A stretch of DNA of 62,758 nucleotides, counting the filler, from Deltaproteobacteria bacterium (GTDB lineage: Bacteria; JAUYMQ01), in assembly GCA_030698575.1 (NCBI GenBank). It is 10 parts of 10 records of this genome, joined end to end, with 100 filler letters (N's around TTAATTAATTAA, not from the genome) between each part and the next. Parts side by side here need not be neighbours in the genome. Positions count along the whole stretch, not along the records: positions 1 to 14,731 come from JAUYMQ010000278.1; positions 14,832 to 18,176 come from JAUYMQ010000283.1; positions 18,277 to 23,147 come from JAUYMQ010000292.1; 7 more parts are not named here. One strand, written 5' to 3'. Positions within the stretch are counted from its first letter, which is position 1. Each line of letters begins with the position of its first letter. Shown one piece after another: positions 12,208-22,493 of this stretch. The position numbers were made by a program, and so were the translations under genes. Under the pieces are notes generated by a model. It was not told the origin of the DNA. It was given only the letters and a program-made list of their open reading frames with translations, and searched no databases.

Positions 12208-12702
12208 CTACTCGAACACGGTAAGCGACGGCGCCGGCTCCGTTCCTCCGACGCCCGCCTTCTTCTCCAAGGCTCGTACGTGAGCGAGGAATTCTTCGAC
12301 CAGGCGATCGATGTTCAGGATCGTCAACTCTTGCCCTGTTTCCCTGACCGTGGTGGTGCCGCAATACTCGCCGGGCATCTTAGAGTCACGGTTGATTCCG
12401 AAACCCTTCTTGATACTAAACTCATGGACCGCAGCGCTGCGATATTTGCTGTAGAAGATCTCTGCTCCGAGGGCCGCGCACAAGTCTGGGAAGTGTGCCT
12501 GGAGATAATCGAGGTAGGCTGCCTTCGTTCCGGCTGGCCCGCCAGCCGCCAGTCCGTCGAGGAATGTGCTCACAAGGCTTAGCAACGGCATGTGCAGAGA
12601 CCCTTCCGATTTGACGGTCTCGATCACCTTCCGCATCATTCGGAGGCGGAATTCTGGGTCTGAGGTTTTCGTAATATCGTCAACTGAGACTTCGGATTTC
12701 AT
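12208..12702 (-). CDS. Hypothetical protein, putative HEPN-fold RNase
   Basis: Helical-looking protein with IFYSKYRSAAVHEF (R-x4-H); visibly more AT-rich than flanks; start MKSEV at 12702. Confidence 0.55.
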   Translation of the reverse strand: MKSEVSVDDITKTSDPEFRLRMMRKVIETVKSEGSLHMPLLSLVSTFLDGLAAGGPAGTKAAYLDYLQAHFPDLCAALGAEIFYSKYRSAAVHEFSIKKGFGINRDSKMPGEYCGTTTVRETGQELTILNIDRLVEEFLAHVRALEKKAGVGGTEPAPSLTVFE

Positions 12703-12788
12703 CCCTGGAGCTCCCTCCAAGCCGCCGTCTTCCAGCGGCCCTGGTGTCCCTCGCGGGGGTCACCCTCGAGCTTCGGTGCCCCCAGCTA

Positions 12789-13034
12789 TTAGTCCCCGTT
12801 TCCCGGTCCCGCCATCCCCCGCGGCGCCGCCGGGATCTTGTCCCGCTGGCGCTTGCAGTAGGCGGTCAGGACGCGATCCACGAGCACGCTTGACGGGATC
12901 TGCTCGCGCCGGGCCAGCACGTCGATCGCGTAGACCGTCCACGGCGCCACGCTCCACGCCCGGCGCGTCCAGTCCGCCGGCAACACCTTCACCCGCCCGG
13001 GCCGCCGCGCCTTGCCCTTCGGCTTTCGCTTCAC
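12789..13034 (-). CDS. Small basic putative DNA-binding (ribbon-helix-helix-like) protein
   Basis: RRAWSVAPWTVYAIDVLARREQIPSSVLVDRVLTAYC strand-helix-helix pattern; conservative changes versus the second copy support coding. Confidence 0.55.
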   Translation of the reverse strand: MKRKPKGKARRPGRVKVLPADWTRRAWSVAPWTVYAIDVLARREQIPSSVLVDRVLTAYCKRQRDKIPAAPRGMAGPGNGD

Positions 13035-13068
13035 GGTCCCCCCTCTCAGTGCGCAGCTTGCGCGCGGT

Positions 13069-13371
13069 TCAATCGACGACCGGGGTGTCCCCGTGTAGGC
13101 CCTGACATGCCAGCTGGATCACCGCAAGCGCATTGTCCCGGGCCCCGAGTTTCTGCGCGAGCTCCTGAGCCCGGGCCGGCGTGAGCTTCTCATCGTTCTC
13201 GGGATAGTCCACATCCCCGTAACTTTCTCCGGCAAGCCGGGCGATCTCCTCGATCGCGCGGAGGCCATTTTCGAGCCGTCCGATCATCCCCTCCTGCCCG
13301 TTCTTCTTCCCGTGGGCGACGGCCTCGCGCTTGCGCAACGTCACCACGGTCTCTTCTGCTCCGTTCTTCAT
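13069..13371 (-). CDS. Hypothetical protein (element-borne)
   Basis: 100-aa ORF with GGGAGG SD and protein-like composition. Confidence 0.55.
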   Translation of the reverse strand: MKNGAEETVVTLRKREAVAHGKKNGQEGMIGRLENGLRAIEEIARLAGESYGDVDYPENDEKLTPARAQELAQKLGARDNALAVIQLACQGLHGDTPVVD

Positions 13372-13734
13372 GTCGAGCCCTCCCAGGTGTCAGAGCGCCG
13401 GCCGCCCTGGCCGGCTTTCTTTCTCGTACACCTATGCGGCAAACAGGCGGCGGGAGTCAAGCGAATTGATGGTTACCGCGCGGAACCATCAAACCGGGCC
13501 ACGGGGTTCCTATGTAGAACCTCGTGACTCAGAGCTCGCCCTGGCCGAGCTCCTCTTGCAATTGGGCCACTCTGGCCGATTTCTTTTCTTTGCCTTTTCG
13601 GCCCCTTACGCCCAATTCGAGCCCTCGGACGGGGGTACGCGCGTGCTCGCGATCACCAGGCCGCGGATTCAGGCCCGTAGCGAGTTCGGCCGATACTATG
13701 GTAGCCTACAGTTATTCAGCCCCCCGGGGACACC

Positions 13735-14019
13735 ATGCCCAGTGACAGCCAAGCCAAAAGCAAAGTATCCGTGGATCTCCAGGAAGAGGTGAACGCGAAT
13801 TATGCGGTTTTCGCGGAGAAGCTGCCGGATCTACTCGGGACCCACCTTGGGAAGTTCGCCCTCATGCGCCACGGGGAGATCATCGAGTTCTTCGATACAG
13901 CTCGGGACGCCTATGTCGCGGGCCAGAAGTTGTATCTCGATCACTTGTTCTCTGTTCAAGAGGTGATCGAAGCACCTGCGGACCTCGGATTCTTCTCGCA
14001 TGCCTTGCCTCAGCGGTAA
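13735..14019 (+). CDS. DUF5678-like small protein
   Basis: NYAVF..KLPDLL..HLGKFALMRHGEIIEFFDT..DAY..G...Y....FSVQEV pattern. Confidence 0.7.
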   Translation: MPSDSQAKSKVSVDLQEEVNANYAVFAEKLPDLLGTHLGKFALMRHGEIIEFFDTARDAYVAGQKLYLDHLFSVQEVIEAPADLGFFSHALPQR

Positions 14020-14419
14020 ATTCGACCCCGCCGTCGGTCCAATCGTCAATATCGCCGTGCTTGCGCCCGGAAGCTGGACTCCATCCGGTATCACCGTTCC
14101 TAGCGTCGTGCTGTTCCCCGCTCTCATCGACACGGGGGCAACAACGACGTGCATCTCCGGCGCCGTGGCGTCCACTGTCGGCCTCTCCCCGATCGGCATG
14201 CGGCCGATGACCTCCGCGACTCACTCGGTCCCCGTGAACGTCTACCTCGCCGATCTCGTCGTTCCGTTCGGCACGCTTGGCTTCGGACTTCCTGGCCAAC
14301 AAGTCATGGAGTTCGTGACATCCGCGGCGGGTCCCTATCAGGTGCTGCTTGGCCGGGATATCATCTGCCGCGGTTCCCTCTCAATCAGCTTCGACGGTCA
14401 CTTTACTTTTTCCCTCTGA
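14000..14419 (+). CDS. Retropepsin-like (clan AA) aspartic protease
   Basis: ALIDTGATTTCI and VLLGRDII motifs; single domain; overlaps the upstream gene by 20 nt. Confidence 0.85.
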   Translation: MPCLSGKFDPAVGPIVNIAVLAPGSWTPSGITVPSVVLFPALIDTGATTTCISGAVASTVGLSPIGMRPMTSATHSVPVNVYLADLVVPFGTLGFGLPGQQVMEFVTSAAGPYQVLLGRDIICRGSLSISFDGHFTFSL

Positions 14420-14731
14420 AGTCCCAGCCGATTAGACTCGTAATCGTGAGTGTAGGCGATGTGGCCGTGCATCTGCGCGCGAGGATGCCCCAGGATCGAC
14501 GTTCTGCAGGAAAGACAGCCCCCAGGCCAGGCGGAGGAAGGCACCCGGCCCGGGGGCACGCCCCGGGGGTTGGGGCACGAAATACACGGCCGCCCCCGGC
14601 CAGCAGCTCGAAACCTGGCCGAGGGCGACCCGGGCGCGCGGCGACTCACGCGCCCCACTCTTCTATCGCGGCCGGGTGACGTGCTGGCGCGCTCACAGCG
14701 CCCCCTCACTGCCGCGCAGGTTGATCCCCAT

Positions 14732-14831
14732 NNNNNNNNNNNNNNNNNNNNNNNNNNNNNNNNNNNNNNNNNNNNTTAATTAATTAANNNNNNNNNNNNN
14801 NNNNNNNNNNNNNNNNNNNNNNNNNNNNNNN
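14732..14831. other. Artificial contig linker
   Basis: N run with TTAATTAATTAA. Confidence 0.99.
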
Positions 14832-15260
14832 CAGGCCTGCCAGTAGCGCGCCGCCGGGCGTCATCATGCGCCTTGCGATGCGGACGACCGCCCAGCAGGT
14901 GAATGCCCCGATTAGCGCATTCACAAGCGTCACCACGAACAGGCTGGCGCCGAGTGCTCGCATTCCGGCCAGGAACAGAGGAAAGACCGGCCCGTGATGG
15001 TAGATCCCACCTCCCTGGTCGGGGCTCCACCACCCCTTCCCGGACAGCAGATTGGCCGCCACCGTCGTGTACTCGTTCGCGTCACCCGCGATGTACCAGT
15101 CCTCGCCGGGATGGGTCCACCGGCCGTAGAGCACCCAGGCAAGCCGGAGCGCGAGCGCGAGCAGAAAGACGGCGAGCGCCAGCCGATCCTTATAATACGG
15201 GGCAATAGAACGGGGCTCCCTCGGCCGCACCGAACGAGGCATGTCAGGTTGCGGCCTCAC
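14832..15260 (-). CDS. ArnT/GT39-like membrane glycosyltransferase (5' part)
   Basis: FLLALALRL, D..EY...A.NLLSGKG, GPVFPLFLA; cut by contig end. Confidence 0.75.
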
Positions 15261-15967
15261 TTCTTGCTCCCGATGCGATCCCGCAGGCGCTCGAAATCCG
15301 CCTGGGCGCGCTCGTAGTCGTCCGGCCGCCCGATGTCGAGCCAGTAAGCATCCGTCTCCCAGCCGACGACCTTCTGCCCACCGGCCAGGAGTGCCGCTAT
15401 CAGATCCGGGAGATCCATGCGCTCGCCGCGCGCAATGAAGCGCTTCGCCGCCGGCTCGATCACGCAGATCCCCATGCCCACCAGGTAGTCGAGCGTCGGC
15501 TTTTCGACGTAGCGCCGGATCTCGTTTCCTTCCATCTGGTCGATCACGCCGAAATTGATGGTGAGCGGCCGCCGGTTGAGCGCCACGGTGATCACGCCGT
15601 GGTTCGCGTGGTGGTACTCCCAGACCTTTTCGAAAGAAAGATCCGTCAGGATGTCGCCGTTCATCAGGAGGATGGGAGCGTCGAAATCGTCGAGCAGCCC
15701 CACCGAACCCACCGTGCCGAGCGGTTGATCCTCCTGCAGGTACTTGAGCGAGATCCCGTAGCGCGAACCGTCGCCGCAGTAGGCGCGGATCAGCTCGGCG
15801 AGATAGCCGACCGAGAGCGTGACATCACGGAATCCGGCGGACACCAGCTGCCGGAGGACCACGTCGAGGATCGGCACGTCGTCCAGAGGCATGAGGGGCT
15901 TCGGGAAGACGGTCGTGTAGGGACGCAGCCGCGTACCTCTCCCCCCCGCAAGCACCATTGCACGCAT
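15257..15967 (-). CDS. Sugar-phosphate nucleotidyltransferase
   Basis: LAGGRGTRLRPYT..PKPL, EDQPLGT, NGDIL, WLDIG. Confidence 0.92.
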   Translation of the reverse strand: MRAMVLAGGRGTRLRPYTTVFPKPLMPLDDVPILDVVLRQLVSAGFRDVTLSVGYLAELIRAYCGDGSRYGISLKYLQEDQPLGTVGSVGLLDDFDAPILLMNGDILTDLSFEKVWEYHHANHGVITVALNRRPLTINFGVIDQMEGNEIRRYVEKPTLDYLVGMGICVIEPAAKRFIARGERMDLPDLIAALLAGGQKVVGWETDAYWLDIGRPDDYERAQADFERLRDRIGSKK

Positions 15968-15982
15968 TCGCGACACCTCTTC

Positions 15983-18176
15983 CTAGCGGCCCAGTTTCCG
16001 CTCGAGCAGTTCCTCGTACTTGCGCTCGGTCTCCCCGACCATCCGCTCGAGTGAGAACTCGTTCAGAATGCGCTTGGCGCCGCGAGTCCCCATGGCCCGG
16101 CGGAGTAAGGGATCGTCGAGGAACGCCCCGATCCTGGCCGCGAAGCGCTGGCGGTCACCCGCCGCCACGACGTATCCGGTCTCGCCTTCCGTGACCAGCT
16201 CGCTGTTCCCGCCAACGTCGGTCACCACGCAGGGAAGCTCGCAAAGCATCCCCTCCATGATGGCGTTCGAGAGCCCCTCGTAGTGGCTCGTCATGATGAA
16301 GACGTCGAAGGCGCGCAGATAGCTCACCGCGTTCTCCCGCTGCCCGGCGAAGATCACCCGCGAGGCGATCCCGAGGCTCTCGGCCAGCGCCCTCAGCTCC
16401 GTCTCGAGGATTCCACCGCCGATGATCACGAAGCGAAGGCGATCCTTCAGATCGGGCCGCCGGAGGAGGTCGCTGGCGACGCGCAGCAGGAAATGATGGT
16501 TCTTCGGCGGCGTCAGGTTTCCGATCGTGCCCACCACCAGATCGTCGGGCCCGGCGCCGAACTCCGCCCGGAGCTCGTCACGGTCGGCTCCGTTGGACGA
16601 GAGGGGTTCGATCCCGTTGTAGATTGTCATGAGATCGGAGTGGAGCCGGTGGCTCTCGCTGAGAAAGCGCAAATTGGCCTTCGTGTTGCAAATAATGGAA
16701 TCGGTGAAATGCGACAGCTCGCTGTCCATGAAGCGCATGAAGCGGCTCTCGGGCAGGATATAGGTGCGCTCCGACGTGATCTTTAGCGGGATTCCGGCGA
16801 GCACTGCGGCGATCCGGCCGTATGAGTTGGCCGAAGACAGATAGGTGTGCACGATGGCGGGGCGGAACCGCAGCATGATGCGGAGCAGCTTCAGCAGCCG
16901 CGCGGTCTCCACGTTCTTCGTTCGCTCCAGCTCCGTGACCGCCACCCCCTCGGACCGGATGGCGTCGGCCCAGTATCCGCCCCGGGAGAGACTCACTACC
17001 TCGGGCTTGTAGCGCAGCCGGTCGAGCCCCCGCACGAGGTAGTAGAGCTGCTTCTCCGCGCCACCGATCCCGAGCTGTCCGATGACGTAGAGAATTTTCT
17101 GACGGAAGGGATGGAACTCCTCGTAGACGGCCTCGGTCTGCGAAACCATCTTCTCGACCGTGAACTCCCGGCTGACCCGGTCGTAGCCCCGCTTCCCCAT
17201 CTCTCGCGCCAGGGGGGTATCGTCCAGCAGCAGCTTCACCTTCTCGAAAAGCTTTTCGCCATCGTTGGGCGGGACTATGTAGCCGGTCACTCCGTCCACA
17301 ACCGACTCTGCGTTTCCACCCACGTCGGTTGCGACCACCGGCTTGCCGGCCGCCATGGCCTCGAGGATCGTGAGCGGATGCGCCTCGGAGGTCGAAGAGA
17401 GCACGAACACTTCCATGAGCGAGAGAAGCTCGGGAATATCGCGGCGCACACCGGCGAAGATCACTTTGTCCCCGAGCCCCAGATCGTGTTTCAGCGCACC
17501 CAGTTCCTCGCGTAGCGGGCCCTCGCCGACGATGAGAAAACGGACGTCCGGCCGCTCCCGCGCCACCAGTTCGGCCATCCGGAGGAAGGTGCGATGCCCC
17601 TTCAGCAGAATGAGGCTTCCGATGATCCCCACGACCGGCGTCCCCTCCGGCAGGGCGAGCTCCTTCCGGAGCGCCACCGTGTCGCGGTGGTTTCGGTACT
17701 TCGCCACGTCGATGCCGTTGTAGATGGTCTTGTATTTCCGCCGGGATAGCGGGTCCATGGCGACGTGCGAGTCCTTCGCGCGGTTCGAGCAGGCGAGGAT
17801 GCGCCGGTTGAAGAGGCCGAGAACGGCGTTGATGAAGTAGTAGAACTGCCGCTCCTTCCGGAAAAGTCCGTGCTCGGTCCGGATGACTGTGCGGACGCCG
17901 GAGAGGAGCGCGGCGGGAACGCCCCAGTTGTTGGCCAGCGGGGTGTGCACGTGGACGATGCCCACATCTTCTTCGCGCAGGATTCGGGCGAGCTTCAGGA
18001 TGACGCGGGGATCGAAGCCCAGGCGCTTGCCGAGGATGTAGATCTTGACGCCCGCGCCCTGGAGATCTTCCTCGAGCGGGCCGCCCTGGGTGAGCGCCAC
18101 GACAATCGGCTCATAGACCCGGCGATCGTGGTGCAGGGCGTAGTCCGTCACCACCCGCTCGGCGCCGCCGAGCTGG
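15983..18176 (-). CDS. Tandem GT4-GT4 glycosyltransferase fusion (5' truncated)
   Basis: Two GGAE starts and two acceptor motifs (SEAHPLTILEAMAAGKPVVATDVGG; YEGLSNAIMEGMLCELPCVVTDVGG) in one frame. Confidence 0.9.
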
Positions 18177-18276
18177 NNNNNNNNNNNNNNNNNNNNNNNN
18201 NNNNNNNNNNNNNNNNNNNNTTAATTAATTAANNNNNNNNNNNNNNNNNNNNNNNNNNNNNNNNNNNNNNNNNNNN
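18177..18276. other. Artificial contig linker
   Basis: N run with TTAATTAATTAA. Confidence 0.99.
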
Positions 18277-19328
<1,052 letters not shown>

Positions 19329-19347
19329 TTTCGACCTCAGATCTTCC

Positions 19348-19437
19348 GGGGGATTGCTTCGTCGCTACGCTCCTCGCAATGACATGCGGGACGGCCCTCC
19401 TCGCAATGACATGCGGGACGGCCCTCCACGCAATGAC
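19348..19437. repeat. REP-like palindromic element with a tandemly repeated 27-bp arm
   Basis: GGGGGATTGCTTCGTCGCTACG then CTCCTCGCAATGACATGCGGGACGGCC x2 plus a partial third copy. Confidence 0.85.
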
Positions 19438-19444
19438 TGTCGGA

Positions 19445-20347
19445 TCACCAGTTATACCCCAACCTTCTGACCTCGCGCTCATCCCGCGTCCAGTTCGGGT
19501 CGACCTTCACCCAGAGCTTGAGGCCGACCTTCACGCCGAGGAAGCGCTCGGCCTCCAGCCGGGCGGCCGTGCCGATCTCCTTCAGCTTCGCGCCGCCCTT
19601 CCCTATCACAATGCCCTTCTGCGAGTCCTTCTCGACGTAGATCGTGGCCTGGATGCGCGCCAGCTTGCGATCGGGCACCTCCTCGAACTCGTCGATCGTC
19701 ACGGCCGTCGCGTAGGGAATCTCCTCGCCGGTGAGCTGGAAGATCTTCTCGCGGATGATCTCGGCCACGAAGAAGCGCTCGTTCAGATCGGTGAGCTGGT
19801 CCTCGGGATAGAGCGCGGGCCCCTCGGGCAGGCGCGCCACGATCTCTTTCTCGAGCGAATTCACGCCGTCGCCCTCGAGCGCCGAGATGGGCACGATGGC
19901 CGCTCCCGGCAGGCGCTCGGACCATTCGGCTATCTGCGGGAGAACGGCGTCCTTGCGGACGCGATCGACCTTGTTGATGGCGACCACGACGTTCGCCCGT
20001 GAGCCCTCGATAAACTGGAGCAGCAACGCTTCTTCCTCGCCGGCCGGTCGTCCGGCCTCGACCATGATCACCACGACGTCGGCGTCGGCGATGGCCGACC
20101 GCGCCGCGCCCATCATGGCCGCGTTGATGGCCTTCCGCGCGTGGTGGATCCCGGGGGTGTCGAGAAAGAGCAGCTGGGCCCCGGGCAGCGACTTGATGCC
20201 GAGAATCCGGTGGCGGGTGGTCTGGGGCTTGCGCGTGATGATCGAGAGCTTCTGGCCGAGGAATCGGTTGAGGAGCGTCGACTTTCCGGCATTCGGCCGC
20301 CCGAGAAGAGCGACGTAGCCCGTGCGCTGGGGAGTTGGTTGCGTCAC
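19445..20347 (-). CDS. era: GTPase Era
   Basis: GRPNAGKST, PQTTR, DTPG, NKVD, KH domain VIGKGG. Confidence 0.97.
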   Translation of the reverse strand: MTQPTPQRTGYVALLGRPNAGKSTLLNRFLGQKLSIITRKPQTTRHRILGIKSLPGAQLLFLDTPGIHHARKAINAAMMGAARSAIADADVVVIMVEAGRPAGEEEALLLQFIEGSRANVVVAINKVDRVRKDAVLPQIAEWSERLPGAAIVPISALEGDGVNSLEKEIVARLPEGPALYPEDQLTDLNERFFVAEIIREKIFQLTGEEIPYATAVTIDEFEEVPDRKLARIQATIYVEKDSQKGIVIGKGGAKLKEIGTAARLEAERFLGVKVGLKLWVKVDPNWTRDEREVRRLGYNW

Positions 20348-21180
20348 GCCCGCTTGCCCTCACTTTTCCTGGCGCTACGCGGGCGCTTCAGCTCGCCGTC
20401 CGGGCCCACGAGCTTCGCGTAGGCGACGGCCGCGGCGCGCTGCTCGGCCTGCTTCTTGGTGCGACCGGCGCCGTCGGCCACGCGATTGCCCTGGATCGAC
20501 AGCTCCACGGTGAACTCCTTCTGATGATCAGGGCCGGTCGTCGCGCTGACGCGGTACTCGGGCGTCACCTTGTGGCGCGCCTGGCAGGCCTCCTGCAACA
20601 GCGTCTTGAAGTCGCGGTCGCTCTCCTCGTCCGGGAGCTTCTTGAGCGCATCCTCGAAGTGCGAGCGCACCATCTTCGCGGCGGCCCGCAGGCCGCCGTC
20701 GAGATAGACCGCCGCCATCACCGCCTCGTAGCCGTCCGCCAGGATCGACGCCTTGTCGCGACCACCCGAGCGCTCCTCGCCGCGGCCGAGATAGAGAAAC
20801 TTCCCCAGCTCCAGCCGCCGGGCAAGCCGCGCGAGCTTTTGCTCGTTCACGATCGAGGCGCGGAGCTTCGAGAGCTGCCCTTCCGAGTACTCCGGAAAGC
20901 TCTCCATGATCGTCTGGCTCACGGCCAGCTCCAGCACGGCGTCGCCCAGGAACTCGAGACGCTCGTTTGCCTCCGAACGGGGAAGCTTGCGCTCGTTCAC
21001 GAAAGACTTGTGGATAAGCGCGCTCCGCAGCGCATCCTGATCCTTGAAGGTGTGGCCGAGGGATTTCTCCAGGCCGGCCAGATCCTTCTCGTGCGCGGCT
21101 TCGTCCGCGGCCGACGTCTTCAACTTCTCTTTCTTGCGCGCGCGCTTCGGGGTGGGCGTGCTCCCGTCGTCCTTCGTCAT
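20344..21180 (-). CDS. rnc: Ribonuclease III
   Basis: NERLEFLGDAVL and C-terminal dsRBD (DFKTLLQE...KKQAEQRAA); start MTKDDG at 21180. Confidence 0.96.
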   Translation of the reverse strand: MTKDDGSTPTPKRARKKEKLKTSAADEAAHEKDLAGLEKSLGHTFKDQDALRSALIHKSFVNERKLPRSEANERLEFLGDAVLELAVSQTIMESFPEYSEGQLSKLRASIVNEQKLARLARRLELGKFLYLGRGEERSGGRDKASILADGYEAVMAAVYLDGGLRAAAKMVRSHFEDALKKLPDEESDRDFKTLLQEACQARHKVTPEYRVSATTGPDHQKEFTVELSIQGNRVADGAGRTKKQAEQRAAAVAYAKLVGPDGELKRPRSARKSEGKRA

Positions 21181-22493
21181 CCGACTGCTTCTCCCCGTAC
21201 CCGGCCCTCCACGGCCGAGACAAGCTTCGCCTGCACGAGCGTGTTCGCCGCCAGGCGTTCTCCTGAAACCTCGACCGGGATGTAGTTGCGGCTGTAGCCG
21301 CGATAGCACCCGTCGTCGAGGCGCGTCTCGAGAAGCACTTCCAGCCTCTCGCCCATGAAGCGCCCGTAGAATTCCCGTGCTTTCCGCAGCCCGAGCGCCC
21401 GCAACCGCGCCGCGCGCGCCCGGATGAGGGGCGTCGGAACCTGATTGGGGTGCTTCGCCGCCGGCGTGCCGGGGCGCGGGCTGAAGGGGAAGACGTGGAA
21501 GAAACTCACGGGCGAGGCTTCGAGCAGCGTGTATGTCTCCTCGAACTCCGCCCGGGTCTCTCCCGGGAAGCCCGCGATGACGTCCGTGCCGAGACCCAGC
21601 CGCGGCAGGGCCCGCGCGAAGCGCTCCGTCAGATCGCGGAAGCGCGCGGTGTCGTAGGGGCGGCGCATGCGGCGCAGCACGGCGTCGCTCCCGCTCTGGA
21701 GCGGAACATGGAGATGTTCGCAGTAGACGTCCGCGTGGCGTGAAATCTCGTCGATGACCGCGTCGTCGAACTCGCTCGGCTCCATGCTCGAGAGCCGCAG
21801 CCGGCTGACGCCGCCTTCGAGCCTCACGCGCCGGAGAAGCGACGCGAGCGTGTCCGGCGGCGAGAGGTCGCGCCCCCATGAGCCGATGTGCGGGCCCGTC
21901 AGGACGATCTCCCGCACGCCGCGCGCCACATGGCCGGCAATCTCGGCGAGCGCGGCTTCGGCGGGAATACTTCGCGGCAGGCCGCGCGCGTGGGGAACGA
22001 TGCAGAAGGAACAGAAGACGTCGCAACCGTCCTGCACCTTGACGATTCGGCGCGTGCGATCGGGCGCCGGGCCCGGCTCGGGCGGGAGCACCGGCAGCCG
22101 CCGGTCGCGGTAAATCGGAGCGACGCGAACCTCCGCCGAGGCGCGCCGCCCGCGGGCCGCCATCGCGGCGATCTCTCCGGCCAGCGCGTCCTTGCCGCCG
22201 TGCCCCACCACGTAATCAACGGGAAGCCGTGCCGCCTCGGCGGGGCGCACCTGCGCGTAGCAACCCGTGAGCACGATCACCGCATCGGGATTGGCGCGCC
22301 GGTAGCGGCGGGCAAGCTTCGCCGCCTCGAGATCCGCCGCGCGCGTCACCGCGCAGCTGTTGAGCACGATCACGTCAGCCTCGGCCGCGTCGCTCACGGG
22401 GCGCACGCCCCCGGCCGCCGCGCGACCGGCGATGCCTTCCCCCTCGACCTGATTCACCTTGCAGCCGAGCGTGTGAACGTGAAGGCGCGTCAC
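21177..22493 (-). CDS. mtaB: tRNA t6A methylthiotransferase MtaB
   Basis: TLGCKVNQ, NSCAVT, TGCYAQ, KVQDGCDVFCSFC, HVFPFSPRPGT; GTG start overlaps the mnmA stop. Confidence 0.92.
   Translation of the reverse strand: MTRLHVHTLGCKVNQVEGEGIAGRAAAGGVRPVSDAAEADVIVLNSCAVTRAADLEAAKLARRYRRANPDAVIVLTGCYAQVRPAEAARLPVDYVVGHGGKDALAGEIAAMAARGRRASAEVRVAPIYRDRRLPVLPPEPGPAPDRTRRIVKVQDGCDVFCSFCIVPHARGLPRSIPAEAALAEIAGHVARGVREIVLTGPHIGSWGRDLSPPDTLASLLRRVRLEGGVSRLRLSSMEPSEFDDAVIDEISRHADVYCEHLHVPLQSGSDAVLRRMRRPYDTARFRDLTERFARALPRLGLGTDVIAGFPGETRAEFEETYTLLEASPVSFFHVFPFSPRPGTPAAKHPNQVPTPLIRARAARLRALGLRKAREFYGRFMGERLEVLLETRLDDGCYRGYSRNYIPVEVSGERLAANTLVQAKLVSAVEGRVRGEAVG

Larger units (their letters stand above)
10750..14731. 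mobile_element. Edge of an integrative element or prophage abutting tRNA-Met (far end lost at contig break)
   Basis: Tyrosine integrase ends about 100 nt from the tRNA 5' end; small phage-like ORFs; abrupt end of core genes. Confidence 0.75.

Noticed and set aside
14420-14731. Possible further element gene at the end of contig 1
   Set aside because: No frame gives a convincing protein.
14732-14831. TTAATTAATTAA within N runs (nine times) and ORFs ending in X or LIN
   Set aside because: Artificial six-frame-stop linkers. They are not biological repeats, and adjacency across them means nothing.
19370-19437. 27-bp and 29-bp tandem repeats (also 50582-50668) as mini-CRISPR arrays
   Set aside because: Units are head-to-tail with identical intervening sequence, no unique spacers and no cas genes.
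20344-22026. 560-aa RNase III with a long N-terminal extension; similar extensions on nnr, terL, rnh and the GMC gene
   Set aside because: The extensions overlap upstream genes in another frame; downstream starts fit the family lengths and stop-start overlaps.
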